From the NCBI GenBank assembly GCA_022729615.1, contig DZAQ01000003.1:1-38723 (forward strand): 38,723 nucleotides of DNA. Direction: 5' to 3'. A model generated the notes under the pieces. The model saw nothing but the letters and a program-made list of their open reading frames with translations. It was not told where the DNA came from and searched no databases. Below are positions 19,264 through 28,192 of the stretch, one piece after another. The first letter of the stretch is position 1. Each line of letters opens with the position of its first letter. The stretch is from Sulfurovum sp. Its GTDB lineage: Bacteria > Campylobacterota > Campylobacteria > Campylobacterales > Sulfurovaceae. The position numbers and the translations under genes were made by a program.

Positions 19264-21078
19264 TTAGCCGTTTTTCTTGTCTCTGGCTTGTCGCTTTCTC
19301 ATATTCGGGTCAAGATGTCTCTTGCGAATACGGATAGATATAGGTGTCACCTCTACAAGTTCATCATCCTCTATCCACTCCAGCGCCGACTCAAGGGTAA
19401 TCGGTCTAGGCGGGATAAGTTTGATCGCATCATCCGATCCCGAAGTTCTCATATTGGTGAGCTGCTTGCCCTTGAGCGGATTAACATCCAAGTCTCCCGG
19501 TCTTGCAGATTCACCGATTACCATTCCGTTATAGACCTTATCCTGCGGCTTGATAAACATCACCCCTCTTGCTTGGAGGTTGAAAATCGAGTAAGCGACC
19601 GCCTCGCCATTATCCATAGAGACAAGCGCTCCGGGAGTTCTTGACTCAACGATACCGCTGTAGGCTCTGTACTCCAGATAGGAGTGGTTCATGATCCCCT
19701 CTCCTTTGGTGTCAGTCAAAAATTCATTTCTAAAACCGATCAAACCTCTTGCAGGGATCTCAAACTCGATCCTAATGGTACCGTCAGGCATAGGGAAGAG
19801 CGCCTTCATCTCAGCCTTTCGCTTGCCGAGCTTCTCGATAATAACACCCTGAAATTCTGAAGGAGCATCCACAACCAAATGCTCAAACGGCTCCATGCGC
19901 ATCCCATTCTCCTCTTTGATCACAACTTCCGGTCTCGCAAGAAGAAACTCAAACCCTTCTCTTCGCATATTTTCAGCAAGAATACCGATTTGCAGTTCAC
20001 CTCTGCCTGAAACCTTGAAAGAGGCATCGCCAAGAGGCTCCATACGCATGGCGATATTGGTCTCCATCTCTTTGGCGAGCCTATCGTGAAGCTTGTTGGA
20101 GGTGACATGTTTCCCCTCGGTGCCCGCAAGCGGTCCATCATTGACCGAAAAGATGACTGAGAGTGTCGGCTCTTCGACATGAAGCGGATCAAGCGCCACA
20201 GGATTGTTGCGATCGCAAACACTATCCCCCACTTCGATATCAGAAAAACCGGCTATCGCCACGATATCGCCTGCTTCGGCATCCGTGATATCAATTCGTT
20301 CTAACCCCTTAAACCCTATAAGTTTACTTATGCGGCTTTTTGTTTTTTCTCCGCTTGCCTTGACCAGCATATACTCTTCGCCTTTTTTGACTTTGCCGTT
20401 GAAGATACGAGCGATCCCGATACGACCGACAAAGTTGTCATTGTCAAGCGTAAATACTTGTACTTGCGTATCACTTTCAGACGATCCTTCAGGATAGGGA
20501 ACATGCTTCAAAATCGCTTCAAACAGCGGAGTCATATCTTTATTTTCATCCTCCATATTCCACTTGGCATATCCATCCCTTGCGGCCGCATAGAGGACGG
20601 GAAACTCCAACTGCTCTTCATTGGCTTCAAGCGCTACAAGCAGGTCAAAAACCTCATCCAAAACTCTTTCCGGTTCCGCCGCATCTTTATCGATCTTATT
20701 GATAACAACCACAGGAACCAAGCCCAACCCGATGGCTTTTTTGAGTACAAATTTTGTCTGTGGCATAACTCCCTCTTGGGCATCCACCAAAAGCAAAACT
20801 CCATCTACCATCTTCAAGACTCGTTCGACTTCACCGCCAAAATCTGCGTGACCGGGAGTGTCAATAATATTGATCTTGTGATCCCCATAAACAATAGCGG
20901 TATTTTTGGAGAGGATCGTGATCCCTCTCTCTTTTTCGATGTCATTGCTATCCATGACGCGCTCACCCACCTCTTGGTGCGCAGAGAAGGTGCCGCTTTG
21001 CTGGAGCAGCTCATCAACAAGTGTTGTTTTACCATGGTCAACGTGTGCAATAACGGCAATATTTTTGATTTTTTGCAT
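19264..21078 (-). CDS. typA: Translational GTPase TypA/BipA
   Basis: 604 aa. G1 [10 protein letters not shown]3 [12 protein letters not shown]4 NKIDK. EF-G-like domain order without domain IV. Confidence 0.93.
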   Translation of the reverse strand: MQKIKNIAVIAHVDHGKTTLVDELLQQSGTFSAHQEVGERVMDSNDIEKERGITILSKNTAIVYGDHKINIIDTPGHADFGGEVERVLKMVDGVLLLVDAQEGVMPQTKFVLKKAIGLGLVPVVVINKIDKDAAEPERVLDEVFDLLVALEANEEQLEFPVLYAAARDGYAKWNMEDENKDMTPLFEAILKHVPYPEGSSESDTQVQVFTLDNDNFVGRIGIARIFNGKVKKGEEYMLVKASGEKTKSRISKLIGFKGLERIDITDAEAGDIVAIAGFSDIEVGDSVCDRNNPVALDPLHVEEPTLSVIFSVNDGPLAGTEGKHVTSNKLHDRLAKEMETNIAMRMEPLGDASFKVSGRGELQIGILAENMRREGFEFLLARPEVVIKEENGMRMEPFEHLVVDAPSEFQGVIIEKLGKRKAEMKALFPMPDGTIRIEFEIPARGLIGFRNEFLTDTKGEGIMNHSYLEYRAYSGIVESRTPGALVSMDNGEAVAYSIFNLQARGVMFIKPQDKVYNGMVIGESARPGDLDVNPLKGKQLTNMRTSGSDDAIKLIPPRPITLESALEWIEDDELVEVTPISIRIRKRHLDPNMRKRQARDKKNG

Positions 21079-21113
21079 ATGAGATATTCCTAACTTGATC
21101 TTGATTTTGCCGC

Positions 21114-21119
21114 ATTATA
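21114..21119 (-). promoter_or_regulatory. Candidate -10 (TATAAT) for typA
   Basis: Minus strand reads GGGTATAAT, 36 nt upstream of the typA ATG. No good -35 element. Confidence 0.35.
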
Positions 21120-21176
21120 CCCAAATAACATTAGTATGCTATAGCATGTCGGTTTTTGGAGGCAATAAAGCCGATG

Positions 21177-21572
21177 CTACTTTGTTTTGAAGCGCAGATA
21201 ACGGGAGGAGTAGTCGCTTTTGAGCAAAATTTCATTGACCTCAACAGGAAAAGTATCATCGCCAATCTTAAGAGGATCCTCAAAAATTATGCCGGACTCT
21301 CTGCGCTTGAGAATCTCCCTGCTCACATCATCCTCTATCTTGAAAGTTGCCGAAAGGAGCGTGTAGGCATCTTTTTTCTCACCGTCATAGCGCTCTGCCT
21401 CCTTGGTCAAAAAAAGCGTATTGGAAAGTTCGCTTTTGCTGCGATCAGAGAGATAGAGCGCCATCGAACGATTCTCTTGAAAAATTTTCATAATGCCAAG
21501 CACGACAACCATCATCAAAACGACAGAGACCAACACTTCGATAATAGTAAATCCCCGCCGTATCCGCCTCAA
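21177..21572 (-). CDS. Minor pseudopilin (GspI-like by size), prepilin-type N-terminus
   Basis: A TTG start at 21572 gives (M)RRIRRGFTIIEVLVSVVLMMVVVLG: a short basic leader, G-F, and Glu at +5. This TTG overlaps the upstream TGA stop (TTGA). The ORF-track start at 21617 adds 15 residues inside the upstream gene. Confidence 0.7.
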   Translation of the reverse strand: MRRIRRGFTIIEVLVSVVLMMVVVLGIMKIFQENRSMALYLSDRSKSELSNTLFLTKEAERYDGEKKDAYTLLSATFKIEDDVSREILKRRESGIIFEDPLKIGDDTFPVEVNEILLKSDYSSRYLRFKTK

Positions 21573-22123
21573 TAGTAGTCTCCCTGATCCTTGAGACTCT
21601 CCCTCTGAGCCACCCAATACTCCTCGGCCTCCTCAAGTGAACGGAATTGTATCACATCTCCAAAAAAGGAGGGAATGTAGTAGGTGTTTGTTTTGTTTTG
21701 GATTACTATTTGTGATGTACTGCCGTTTGGGTGGAATGCAAAACGCAAACAGACCGGCTGATCATCATAGCGTCCAAAATCTACCTTAGAAAGCTTCTCT
21801 TCTTTGTCAAGACGATACGCTTCAATCTCGCCCAGCGCAATATCTCCTTCATATTTTGTTGTTTTGCCGTCTCGATAAAGAGAGCATTTGCGACATGCGT
21901 CCACGCAAAAGAGCTCGCCCTCCGAATGGAGCAGATCGGATTGTGCGAGTACCTCTTTGATGTTTTTTGGGGTGAGCATTTTTGGCTTGGCGCTGCTCTT
22001 TTGCATCGAAGTAAAAAGAAGCGCGGAGACAAGCGAGAGTATCAAAACTACGATGATAAGCTCAAGGAGTGAAAAAGCGCCCCTCTTCTTCGCGCTAGAA
22101 ACAGCGGGGGCTATTTTTTGCAC
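21569..22123 (-). CDS. Minor pseudopilin (GspH-like by position and size), prepilin-type N-terminus
   Basis: 184 aa. ...SAKKRGAFSLLELIIVVLILSLVSALLF (class III signal-like). Overlaps the gspG end by 13 nt. Confidence 0.7.
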   Translation of the reverse strand: MQKIAPAVSSAKKRGAFSLLELIIVVLILSLVSALLFTSMQKSSAKPKMLTPKNIKEVLAQSDLLHSEGELFCVDACRKCSLYRDGKTTKYEGDIALGEIEAYRLDKEEKLSKVDFGRYDDQPVCLRFAFHPNGSTSQIVIQNKTNTYYIPSFFGDVIQFRSLEEAEEYWVAQRESLKDQGDYY

Positions 22124-22554
22124 TTTGAGAAGAAAATGTCTTCGGCTTCACCGCTTCCGCCCTCTTTGCGGTCTGCGCCGAAACTGATCAATTCAAACCT
22201 ATTTTCATTCTTAAGATAGCCAAATTGATTCTGCCAAGAGTCTTTGGGCATCGAAGTCATATAAGGCGCTTCCCTATAATTTGGATACCGTTCCGGATCG
22301 GGATTGCTCAAAAGCGCCTGCAACCCCTCCTCTGTTTCCGGATACATCCCGTTATCGAGCTTAAACATATCAAGCGTGCCGGAGACACTGCTCATCTGGA
22401 TACAGACAAGATCCCGCTTCGCCTGCTCTCCTTTTCCGATCAAATTTGGAGCGACAAACGCTGCCAAAATTCCTAAAATTAAAATAACAACAAGTAATTC
22501 AAGAAGGGAGAATGCATCTCTTCTCTTTTTCTGCTCTTTGATGGCTTTGGTCAT
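22111..22554 (-). CDS. gspG: Type II secretion major pseudopilin GspG
   Basis: 147 aa. KKRRDAFSLLELLVVILILGILAAFVAPNL, then LDMFKLDNGMYPETEEGLQALL, then a C-terminal SFGADRKEGGSGEAEDI, which is the GspG calcium-loop pattern. Confidence 0.85.
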   Translation of the reverse strand: MTKAIKEQKKRRDAFSLLELLVVILILGILAAFVAPNLIGKGEQAKRDLVCIQMSSVSGTLDMFKLDNGMYPETEEGLQALLSNPDPERYPNYREAPYMTSMPKDSWQNQFGYLKNENRFELISFGADRKEGGSGEAEDIFFSKCKK

Positions 22555-22574
22555 ACTTTTCCCTTGAGTAGATT

Positions 22575-22583
22575 TGGTATAAT
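22575..22583 (+). promoter_or_regulatory. Extended -10 promoter (TGGTATAAT) for the plus-strand T2SS operon
   Basis: TTTGGTATAAT in the 94-bp divergent intergenic region, about 65 nt upstream of the ATG at 22649. Confidence 0.5.
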
Positions 22584-22586
22584 ATA
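22579..22586 (-). promoter_or_regulatory. Candidate -10 (TATATTAT) for the gspG operon, overlapping the plus-strand -10
   Basis: Minus strand reads TTTTATATTATACC, about 25-30 nt upstream of the gspG ATG. AAGGGA SD at 22560-22565. Confidence 0.35.
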
Positions 22587-22648
22587 AAAGTGCTTTTAAA
22601 GGATTAGATTGTACTTAATGAGAGCTTTTGAATGGATAAAACATAATT

Positions 22649-23578
22649 ATGGGCGATAAAAAAGAGTGTGCCGGCTTGCGTAACGGTGTAGTTCTCCTCC
22701 TTACTCTATCGGTAATTGTGGCTATGCTCGCAACCATCGGGGTTCTCTTTGCCTATCTCGAAAAAAGCAAAAATGAAGCCTACTCTGTGGCAGCTTTTGT
22801 GCAGGCAAACCTCCTTTTTAGGGATGGACAGCAGAGTATTGCACAGCTGCTCAAAAATAGTGCGCAAGACAAAGAGCTCAAAAACGAGATGCTTGAAACG
22901 CTCTATTTTGCTCCGATAACCATACAAGACGAGGAGAACAAGGAGAGATTTATCAGTATCGATTGTACCGCACTCAATAGCGGTGTCAACATCAACTGGC
23001 TCGAATACGAAAACAATAGCTCCGAAGAGGCGCAAAGTCTCTACCGTCTAGCCCGCACCCTATTTGATCGTCTTGCCGAAGAGCATAATATCAAAAATAG
23101 TGCGGCACTATTATCAAAGATCAAGAGCGATATCTTCGCGCAAGAGGAGACTCAAGCATTTCTGGAGCAAACAAAAGGTATAATCTCTCTTTCTCAGCTC
23201 CAAAAGATTGCAAGGGATTACCGGTTTGAAGAAGATGATGCGGGCATCGAAGAGATAGCTTGGGAAAAATATTTCTCATTTGATCAAAAGAGTTTGAGCA
23301 TAGATGCCGGTTTTCTCTCGCCTGAGCTCATCTCGCTTCTCTTTGAGATAGAGCTTGATGTGGTCCAAAACGACTGGGTAGAGGGCGACGATCTGCAAGC
23401 TTTTATTGAAAAGAATGGCGGCGACCTCTCCCTTTTTCAAGAGAAAATCTTTAAAACGGAACCCTCGGAGAGGATGAAATGCCGCATCAACTACGGCTAT
23501 CAAAATGGGGTTTATGCAATGGGGTTTGAATATCTTGAAGGAAAGGCGGGAAAATTTGAATTTTACGGAAAACAGTAA
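22649..23578 (+). CDS. GspK-like minor pseudopilin
   Basis: 309 aa. N-terminus GLRNGVVLLLTLSVIVAMLATIGVL is prepilin-like but lacks Glu+5, as in GspK. A later block FISIDCTALNSGVNINWL resembles the GspK I-D...N-x-N-x-L block. Assignment is by motif and position only. Confidence 0.5.
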   Translation: MGDKKECAGLRNGVVLLLTLSVIVAMLATIGVLFAYLEKSKNEAYSVAAFVQANLLFRDGQQSIAQLLKNSAQDKELKNEMLETLYFAPITIQDEENKERFISIDCTALNSGVNINWLEYENNSSEEAQSLYRLARTLFDRLAEEHNIKNSAALLSKIKSDIFAQEETQAFLEQTKGIISLSQLQKIARDYRFEEDDAGIEEIAWEKYFSFDQKSLSIDAGFLSPELISLLFEIELDVVQNDWVEGDDLQAFIEKNGGDLSLFQEKIFKTEPSERMKCRINYGYQNGVYAMGFEYLEGKAGKFEFYGKQ

Positions 23579-24482
23579 ACCGCTCCTGCTCCTTCACAAA
23601 GAGATGACGCCCCCGACCATCGAAGGCGCATTTGATCTCATGCTCACACCGCAATTTTATACACTCAAAAAAGAGTCATTACTGCTAAACAGTCGGCGCC
23701 AAGCCCAGAAACTTGCCCCCTCTATTTTGGAAAACCTTCTTGATAAAGAGATCAAATATACCTATTTTGCCTACAAAGATGGAGAGGATTGGATATTTAT
23801 CGCCTATGATCCTCAAGAGATAGGAGTATTTCTTGATACTTTACATCTCCGCTCACAACAGGTTTCAAAGGTATTTTTTGCACAGCAAATAGTATCAAAA
23901 CTCGACAATCCGGTAGCTCTTTCCGACAACGAATCCTTAGTCAATCTCAAAAATACCGCCACGATACTTCCCCGCTCGCTCCTGCCAAAAGAGCAAGAAT
24001 ACCAAGCCTTTGACGAGAGCTTCCGCATCAAAGGAGGAATCCCTTTTGAATCAAGCAATCTCTCGATCATTCCCAAAAAAGAGGCTCGAATAGTTGGAGC
24101 AATAGCGCTCCTGTTTGCCCTAATGTTCTTTGCAGAGGGGATGCGATACCACAAGACCGGTACCAAAATAGAAAATCTGCTGACACAGAAACTCCAACAA
24201 AATCCAACCCTAGAAAGTCAGTACGCGCGTGAAAACATCGAGCAAAAATATCAAAAAATCGATAGGGAGGAGCGGCAAAAAAGAGAGGTTCTCAAAAAAC
24301 TCTCCAAACTCATCCTCCTTCAAGTGCAGCTCAAAGGACTGCTGCTCGAGCAAAATCACTTTGTGATGACCCTTGAGTCTTTAGATGAGAAAACAAGCAA
24401 ACGCATCCTCTCTTTGGCAAAAGAGCAGCAAATTCAAGCTACTCAAAACAAAACAGAAATAAAGATTGAGGGTTCTCTATGA
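23505..24482 (+). CDS. GspL-like bitopic assembly-platform protein (start uncertain)
   Basis: One central TM (IVGAIALLFALMFFAEGM). N-terminal RRQAQKLAPSILENLLDKEIKYTYFAY resembles the conserved GspL cytoplasmic-domain block. The ORF-track start overlaps the upstream gene by 74 nt; alternative starts are TTG 23556 (after AAAGG) and ATG 23604. Confidence 0.5.
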   Translation: MGFMQWGLNILKERRENLNFTENSKPLLLLHKEMTPPTIEGAFDLMLTPQFYTLKKESLLLNSRRQAQKLAPSILENLLDKEIKYTYFAYKDGEDWIFIAYDPQEIGVFLDTLHLRSQQVSKVFFAQQIVSKLDNPVALSDNESLVNLKNTATILPRSLLPKEQEYQAFDESFRIKGGIPFESSNLSIIPKKEARIVGAIALLFALMFFAEGMRYHKTGTKIENLLTQKLQQNPTLESQYARENIEQKYQKIDREERQKREVLKKLSKLILLQVQLKGLLLEQNHFVMTLESLDEKTSKRILSLAKEQQIQATQNKTEIKIEGSL

Positions 24483-24883
24483 TCTGGAGACGCTTTGGAA
24501 ATGAGATATTTCTGCTTGCTGCGCTTCTTTTGGCGCTCACCGGCTTTCTCTATAAAAAGAGTTCCATTGCTGCGCTTGAGCGGACAAAAAATGAGGTTAC
24601 CGCTTCAATGGCGCAGATAGATCGTATCGCGGCGCTCCAAGAGCAGTGGGGCAACGACAAACTTGACAAATCCATCTCCCGCCTCAAGGAGGGGATCGCT
24701 CCTCAAAAAATAAAAACTTTTACTATCAAAAGCAGAAAACTAGATGCCCTTTTTCAGGGATTAAGTGAAAAAGAGCTGGGTCAAGCGCTCATCAAGATAG
24801 AGAACACCCCTGTGCAGATCGTGCATTTGGGCATACACCATAGTGAGGAAAATTACAACTTGGAGGTTACATGCAAATGGTAA
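24479..24883 (+). CDS. GspM-like small bitopic membrane protein
   Basis: 134 aa. A single N-terminal TM (IFLLAALLLALTGFLY) followed by a coiled-coil-looking segment. ATGA overlap with the upstream gene. Assigned by size, topology and position only. Confidence 0.4.
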   Translation: MIWRRFGNEIFLLAALLLALTGFLYKKSSIAALERTKNEVTASMAQIDRIAALQEQWGNDKLDKSISRLKEGIAPQKIKTFTIKSRKLDALFQGLSEKELGQALIKIENTPVQIVHLGIHHSEENYNLEVTCKW

Positions 24884-25386
24884 AAAAAGCCATGCTGGCA
24901 CTCTTGGTTGTTCTTTTTTCTATAGCTCTCTTTGCCCCCAAAAGAGAGCTATACTATCTGCTTGAATCCAAACTGCTGCAATACGATATTGTCATTCACA
25001 ATGAAACCATCGAGGAGGAGATATTTGGTCTGAAGCTCAAACATCCGGAACTCTACTTTGGCGGTATCAAGGTAGCGCAAATCGAAGAGATTTCACTCTT
25101 TTCGCTCCTGATCTCTTCAAAGCTCAAAGCCAATGGACTCACTATCGACGAGTCTCTGCACAAGTGGCTGCCGGAAAAAATCAACCATGCAATACTTGAC
25201 TATACACTGCTCCATCCAAAACGGATCATACTCTCGCTGGAGGGGTCATTTGGTGCTGCTGACGGATATATAGCGCTAGACCAAAGAGTGGTTCATATCG
25301 ATCTCACCAAAGAGGGCTCGATAGAACCGCTCAAGCCTCTCCTCAAAAAAGGGGCGAAAGGATGGGAATATGAAACCTCTTTTTAA
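24871..25386 (+). CDS. GspN-like membrane-anchored protein
   Basis: 171 aa. N-terminal TM (AMLALLVVLFSIALFA). Overlaps both neighbours. Weak resemblance to the GspN pattern; shorter than typical GspN. Confidence 0.3.
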   Translation: MQMVKKAMLALLVVLFSIALFAPKRELYYLLESKLLQYDIVIHNETIEEEIFGLKLKHPELYFGGIKVAQIEEISLFSLLISSKLKANGLTIDESLHKWLPEKINHAILDYTLLHPKRIILSLEGSFGAADGYIALDQRVVHIDLTKEGSIEPLKPLLKKGAKGWEYETSF

Positions 25387-26200
25387 ACCCTCTTTTATTC
25401 AAACCGTAATTTTCATATTGGGCTTAATGCTCTTGGTGAAAGTTATTTGGTTTGGGATAGAGATGTCCCTCTTGAATGTTGACGGCGTTGATCACAATAA
25501 GTCCGCAAGCGCAAAATCACTTCACTATCAATCACGATTTATACCACAAAAACCCGGGTCAAATCAAGTCAAAAAACCCATCAGCGATATCGATAGTTTC
25601 AAACTTCTTGCCATCTATCATGATAAAAATCATATTGTGATCACACTTTCCAAGGATGGAAAAAGTTCTGTTTTGGTGAAAGGCGACACAATCGATGGGT
25701 ATGTATTGGATGATGCGACGGCCACAGAGGCGATCTTCCTGCGCAACGGCAGAAGCTATCGCATAGAGCTGATCGATTCTACTGAAAAAATTTTACAAGA
25801 TACAGTGCACCAAAATACCGACAACAAGAGTGAAGTATCCAAAAATCAGGCTGCCCCGCAAGGGGAAATTGTAGATACCGGCGGATCCAAGCTTGTGGAT
25901 AGAACACTTTTGGATCATTACCGTAAAAATATGGGTGACATTTGGCAAAATATCGGGATTGCCGAGATCAAGGAGGGAAATACTATCAAGGGCTTTAGAG
26001 TGAACTTCGTCAAACATGGGAGTGATTTTAGTAAGTTGGGGCTGAGGCGTGGGGATGTGATCAAATCGATCAACGGTCAAGAGCTCAACAGCTACCAAGG
26101 CGCTTTTGATGTTTATAAAAATATTGATACAATGGAGGGTCTTACATTGAGTATTGAGCGAGAAAAAGAGGTGTTGGAGTTGAAATATGAGATTAATTAA
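25370..26200 (+). CDS. gspC: Type II secretion protein GspC (TM + HR domain + PDZ)
   Basis: 276 aa. N-terminal TM. The beta-rich block VLVKGDTIDGYVLDDATATEAIFLRNGRSYRIEL is HR/PilP-like. The C-terminal segment GFRVNFVKHGSDFSKLGLRRGDVIKSINGQEL is PDZ-like. It lies immediately upstream of the secretin gene. Confidence 0.65.
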   Translation: MKPLFKPSFIQTVIFILGLMLLVKVIWFGIEMSLLNVDGVDHNKSASAKSLHYQSRFIPQKPGSNQVKKPISDIDSFKLLAIYHDKNHIVITLSKDGKSSVLVKGDTIDGYVLDDATATEAIFLRNGRSYRIELIDSTEKILQDTVHQNTDNKSEVSKNQAAPQGEIVDTGGSKLVDRTLLDHYRKNMGDIWQNIGIAEIKEGNTIKGFRVNFVKHGSDFSKLGLRRGDVIKSINGQELNSYQGAFDVYKNIDTMEGLTLSIEREKEVLELKYEIN

Positions 26201-28187
26201 ATTATTGATAGCGGTGCTTTTTGCATTGTCGCTCAATCTTTGCGCCGATGAGGAGAAGGTGGATGTCAACTTCAGAGACTTAAGCGTCAAAGATTTTGTA
26301 GAGATGGTAGGGAAAATCACTAAAAAAAATATACTTATCAATGATGACCTCAAGGGGAGTGTCAATTTCGTTTCTACTACACCCATCAAAAAGAGTTCAT
26401 TGATCCCTCTGGCAAACTCCATCCTCGCGAGCAAAGGCTTGACACTGGTAGATCAAGGGGATTTCTATCAAGTGCTCAAACTTACGGATGCCGTAGGAGA
26501 AGGGGTCGGGGTCGATAGTGCGATAGGCGAAGATGATACAACCATGAAAACTGTCCTCTTCCAGCTCACAAACAGCAATGCTTCGGTCATTCGCGCCAAA
26601 ATCAAACCACTCCTGCATAAAAACGCTGAAGTGATCGCCTTTCAAGAAAACAACACTCTTTCTATTACTGCCAATCCAAAGAGCCTTAGGGCCATTAAAA
26701 AAGTGATCGATTCGATAGAAAAAAACGGGAACATAGATTCTGCATTCATCAGACTCAAACACGCTAATGTCAAAGATGTCCATCCTAATGTCCTCAATAT
26801 GTCCAAAAAGATTTTTCCGCAAACCATTCCCAGCGAACAGGTGGACATCTTCAAAGATGACGCTACCAATACTATCATCCTTGTCGGCAAAACAGAGAAT
26901 ATGAATAAAATGATAAATTACATCAAACAATTGGACAAAAGCGGAGAGAGCACAACGCAGCAGATGTATGTCATACCGCTCAAAAATTCTGATGTGGAAG
27001 AGATGCAGAAAATCCTCAGCCAGCTCGTGAGCCAAATGAATAATATAACGCCGGAAAAGCCTGTACCAAACAAAGAGAATACCCCCCCAAGCAAGGCGAT
27101 GGTAGTAAGCGATATTGAACGCAACGCGCTTGTCATTTTGGCATCCTCGGATCAGATCAAAAATATCAAAGAGACTATCGCCCGCCTCGATATCCCAAAA
27201 CCTCAAGTCTATGTCAAGGCAAAAATAGTCGAAATCAACACTGATAAGGCTTCCCAACTTGGCATCAAATGGGGATTTGAGGGCGGGAAAATCACAACCA
27301 ATGGACTCTTTACGCTCGCCGCCAATGCCGGCGCCCCCTCAATAGTAGTCTCTGATGACTTAAAAGATTTTCTCAACACAGAGACTTCGCAATATGATCA
27401 AAACGGCAACATTATCACTACGCAAAATCGTCCATTTTCATTTGATTCAGATATCAGTGAAATGTTTGCCGTCGGAGCGAAACTTGATCTGATGCAGCAA
27501 AACGGCGCCGCACATATCCTTAGCGAACCATCAGTTTTGTGCATCAACAATAAAGAGGCTGAAATCTATGTCGGTCAGACACGATCTATACTCACCACGG
27601 CACAGCAATCTACGCAGGGTCAAGGGAATATCCTTAATAACTACTCCAGAGAGGATATCGGGATCACGCTCAAAGTCAAACCGAGACTCTCAACCAATAA
27701 CAAAGTCTCCTTGGATGTGGAGACCACGATCGAGGATGTACTTCCAAGAGCAACCGTAGAAGAGGATCGCCCTACAACTACAAAACGAAAAGTGAAAACC
27801 AGCGCGATAGTAAATAACGGCGAAATGATCGTTCTTGGGGGGCTTATCAAAAACTCCGGAGGGAAAAATGTAACCTCCGTCCCGGTATTGGGTGACATAC
27901 CTGTCTTGGGAGTGCTCTTCAAGTCCAAGGGAGATGTTGTCAGCAAAATAAATGTTGTTATCTATCTCACCCCTTATATTGTCCAAAAAAGTGATGATCT
28001 CCAGCGGCTCAAAAAGAATCTTAGTGAACTTGAGGATATTCAGATGGAGTTCAATACCTATATCAGAAATGCCATTGAGAGTCAAAATAAAAAATGGTAT
28101 GAGGATACAGTTCTAGGCAGCGGTTCTCACCCGGCAAGCAATCGCATCAATGCCTCAAGCGCCGATGGCGTGTTTATCCCGAGGTAA
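26187..28187 (+). CDS. gspD: Type II secretion outer-membrane secretin GspD
   Basis: 666 aa. Signal peptide MRLIKLLIAVLFALSLNLCA, repeated N-domains, and the secretin core with VPVLGDIPVLGVLFKSKG. Confidence 0.9.
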   Translation: MRLIKLLIAVLFALSLNLCADEEKVDVNFRDLSVKDFVEMVGKITKKNILINDDLKGSVNFVSTTPIKKSSLIPLANSILASKGLTLVDQGDFYQVLKLTDAVGEGVGVDSAIGEDDTTMKTVLFQLTNSNASVIRAKIKPLLHKNAEVIAFQENNTLSITANPKSLRAIKKVIDSIEKNGNIDSAFIRLKHANVKDVHPNVLNMSKKIFPQTIPSEQVDIFKDDATNTIILVGKTENMNKMINYIKQLDKSGESTTQQMYVIPLKNSDVEEMQKILSQLVSQMNNITPEKPVPNKENTPPSKAMVVSDIERNALVILASSDQIKNIKETIARLDIPKPQVYVKAKIVEINTDKASQLGIKWGFEGGKITTNGLFTLAANAGAPSIVVSDDLKDFLNTETSQYDQNGNIITTQNRPFSFDSDISEMFAVGAKLDLMQQNGAAHILSEPSVLCINNKEAEIYVGQTRSILTTAQQSTQGQGNILNNYSREDIGITLKVKPRLSTNNKVSLDVETTIEDVLPRATVEEDRPTTTKRKVKTSAIVNNGEMIVLGGLIKNSGGKNVTSVPVLGDIPVLGVLFKSKGDVVSKINVVIYLTPYIVQKSDDLQRLKKNLSELEDIQMEFNTYIRNAIESQNKKWYEDTVLGSGSHPASNRINASSADGVFIPR

Positions 28188-28192
28188 TCCAA

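Noticed and set aside
22618-22659. A 13-codon upstream ORF (MRAFEWIKHNYGR) overlapping the K-like start codon in the T2SS operon leader.
   Set aside because: No SD precedes it, and an ORF this short in an AT-rich leader is expected by chance. It would be worth revisiting only if ribosome profiling shows initiation there.
23503-23526. A 10-bp direct repeat, aatggggttt, occurring twice with a 14-nt period at the K-like/L-like gene junction.
   Set aside because: There are only two copies and both are inside coding sequence. It probably explains the spurious early ATG of the L-like ORF model. There is no evidence for a functional repeat.
26397-27257. A 286-aa ORF antisense to gspD. Similar long antisense ORFs occur at 25793-26434, 10387-11088, 4483-5112, 20458-21093, 36459-36989 and 21156-21575.
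   Set aside because: Each lies entirely opposite a gene with strong family motifs. Their translations are Phe/Ile/His/Asp/Cys-rich low-information sequence typical of antisense frames, with no motifs and no SD. The 21156-21575 ORF competes with a minus-strand ORF that carries a clear prepilin signal.
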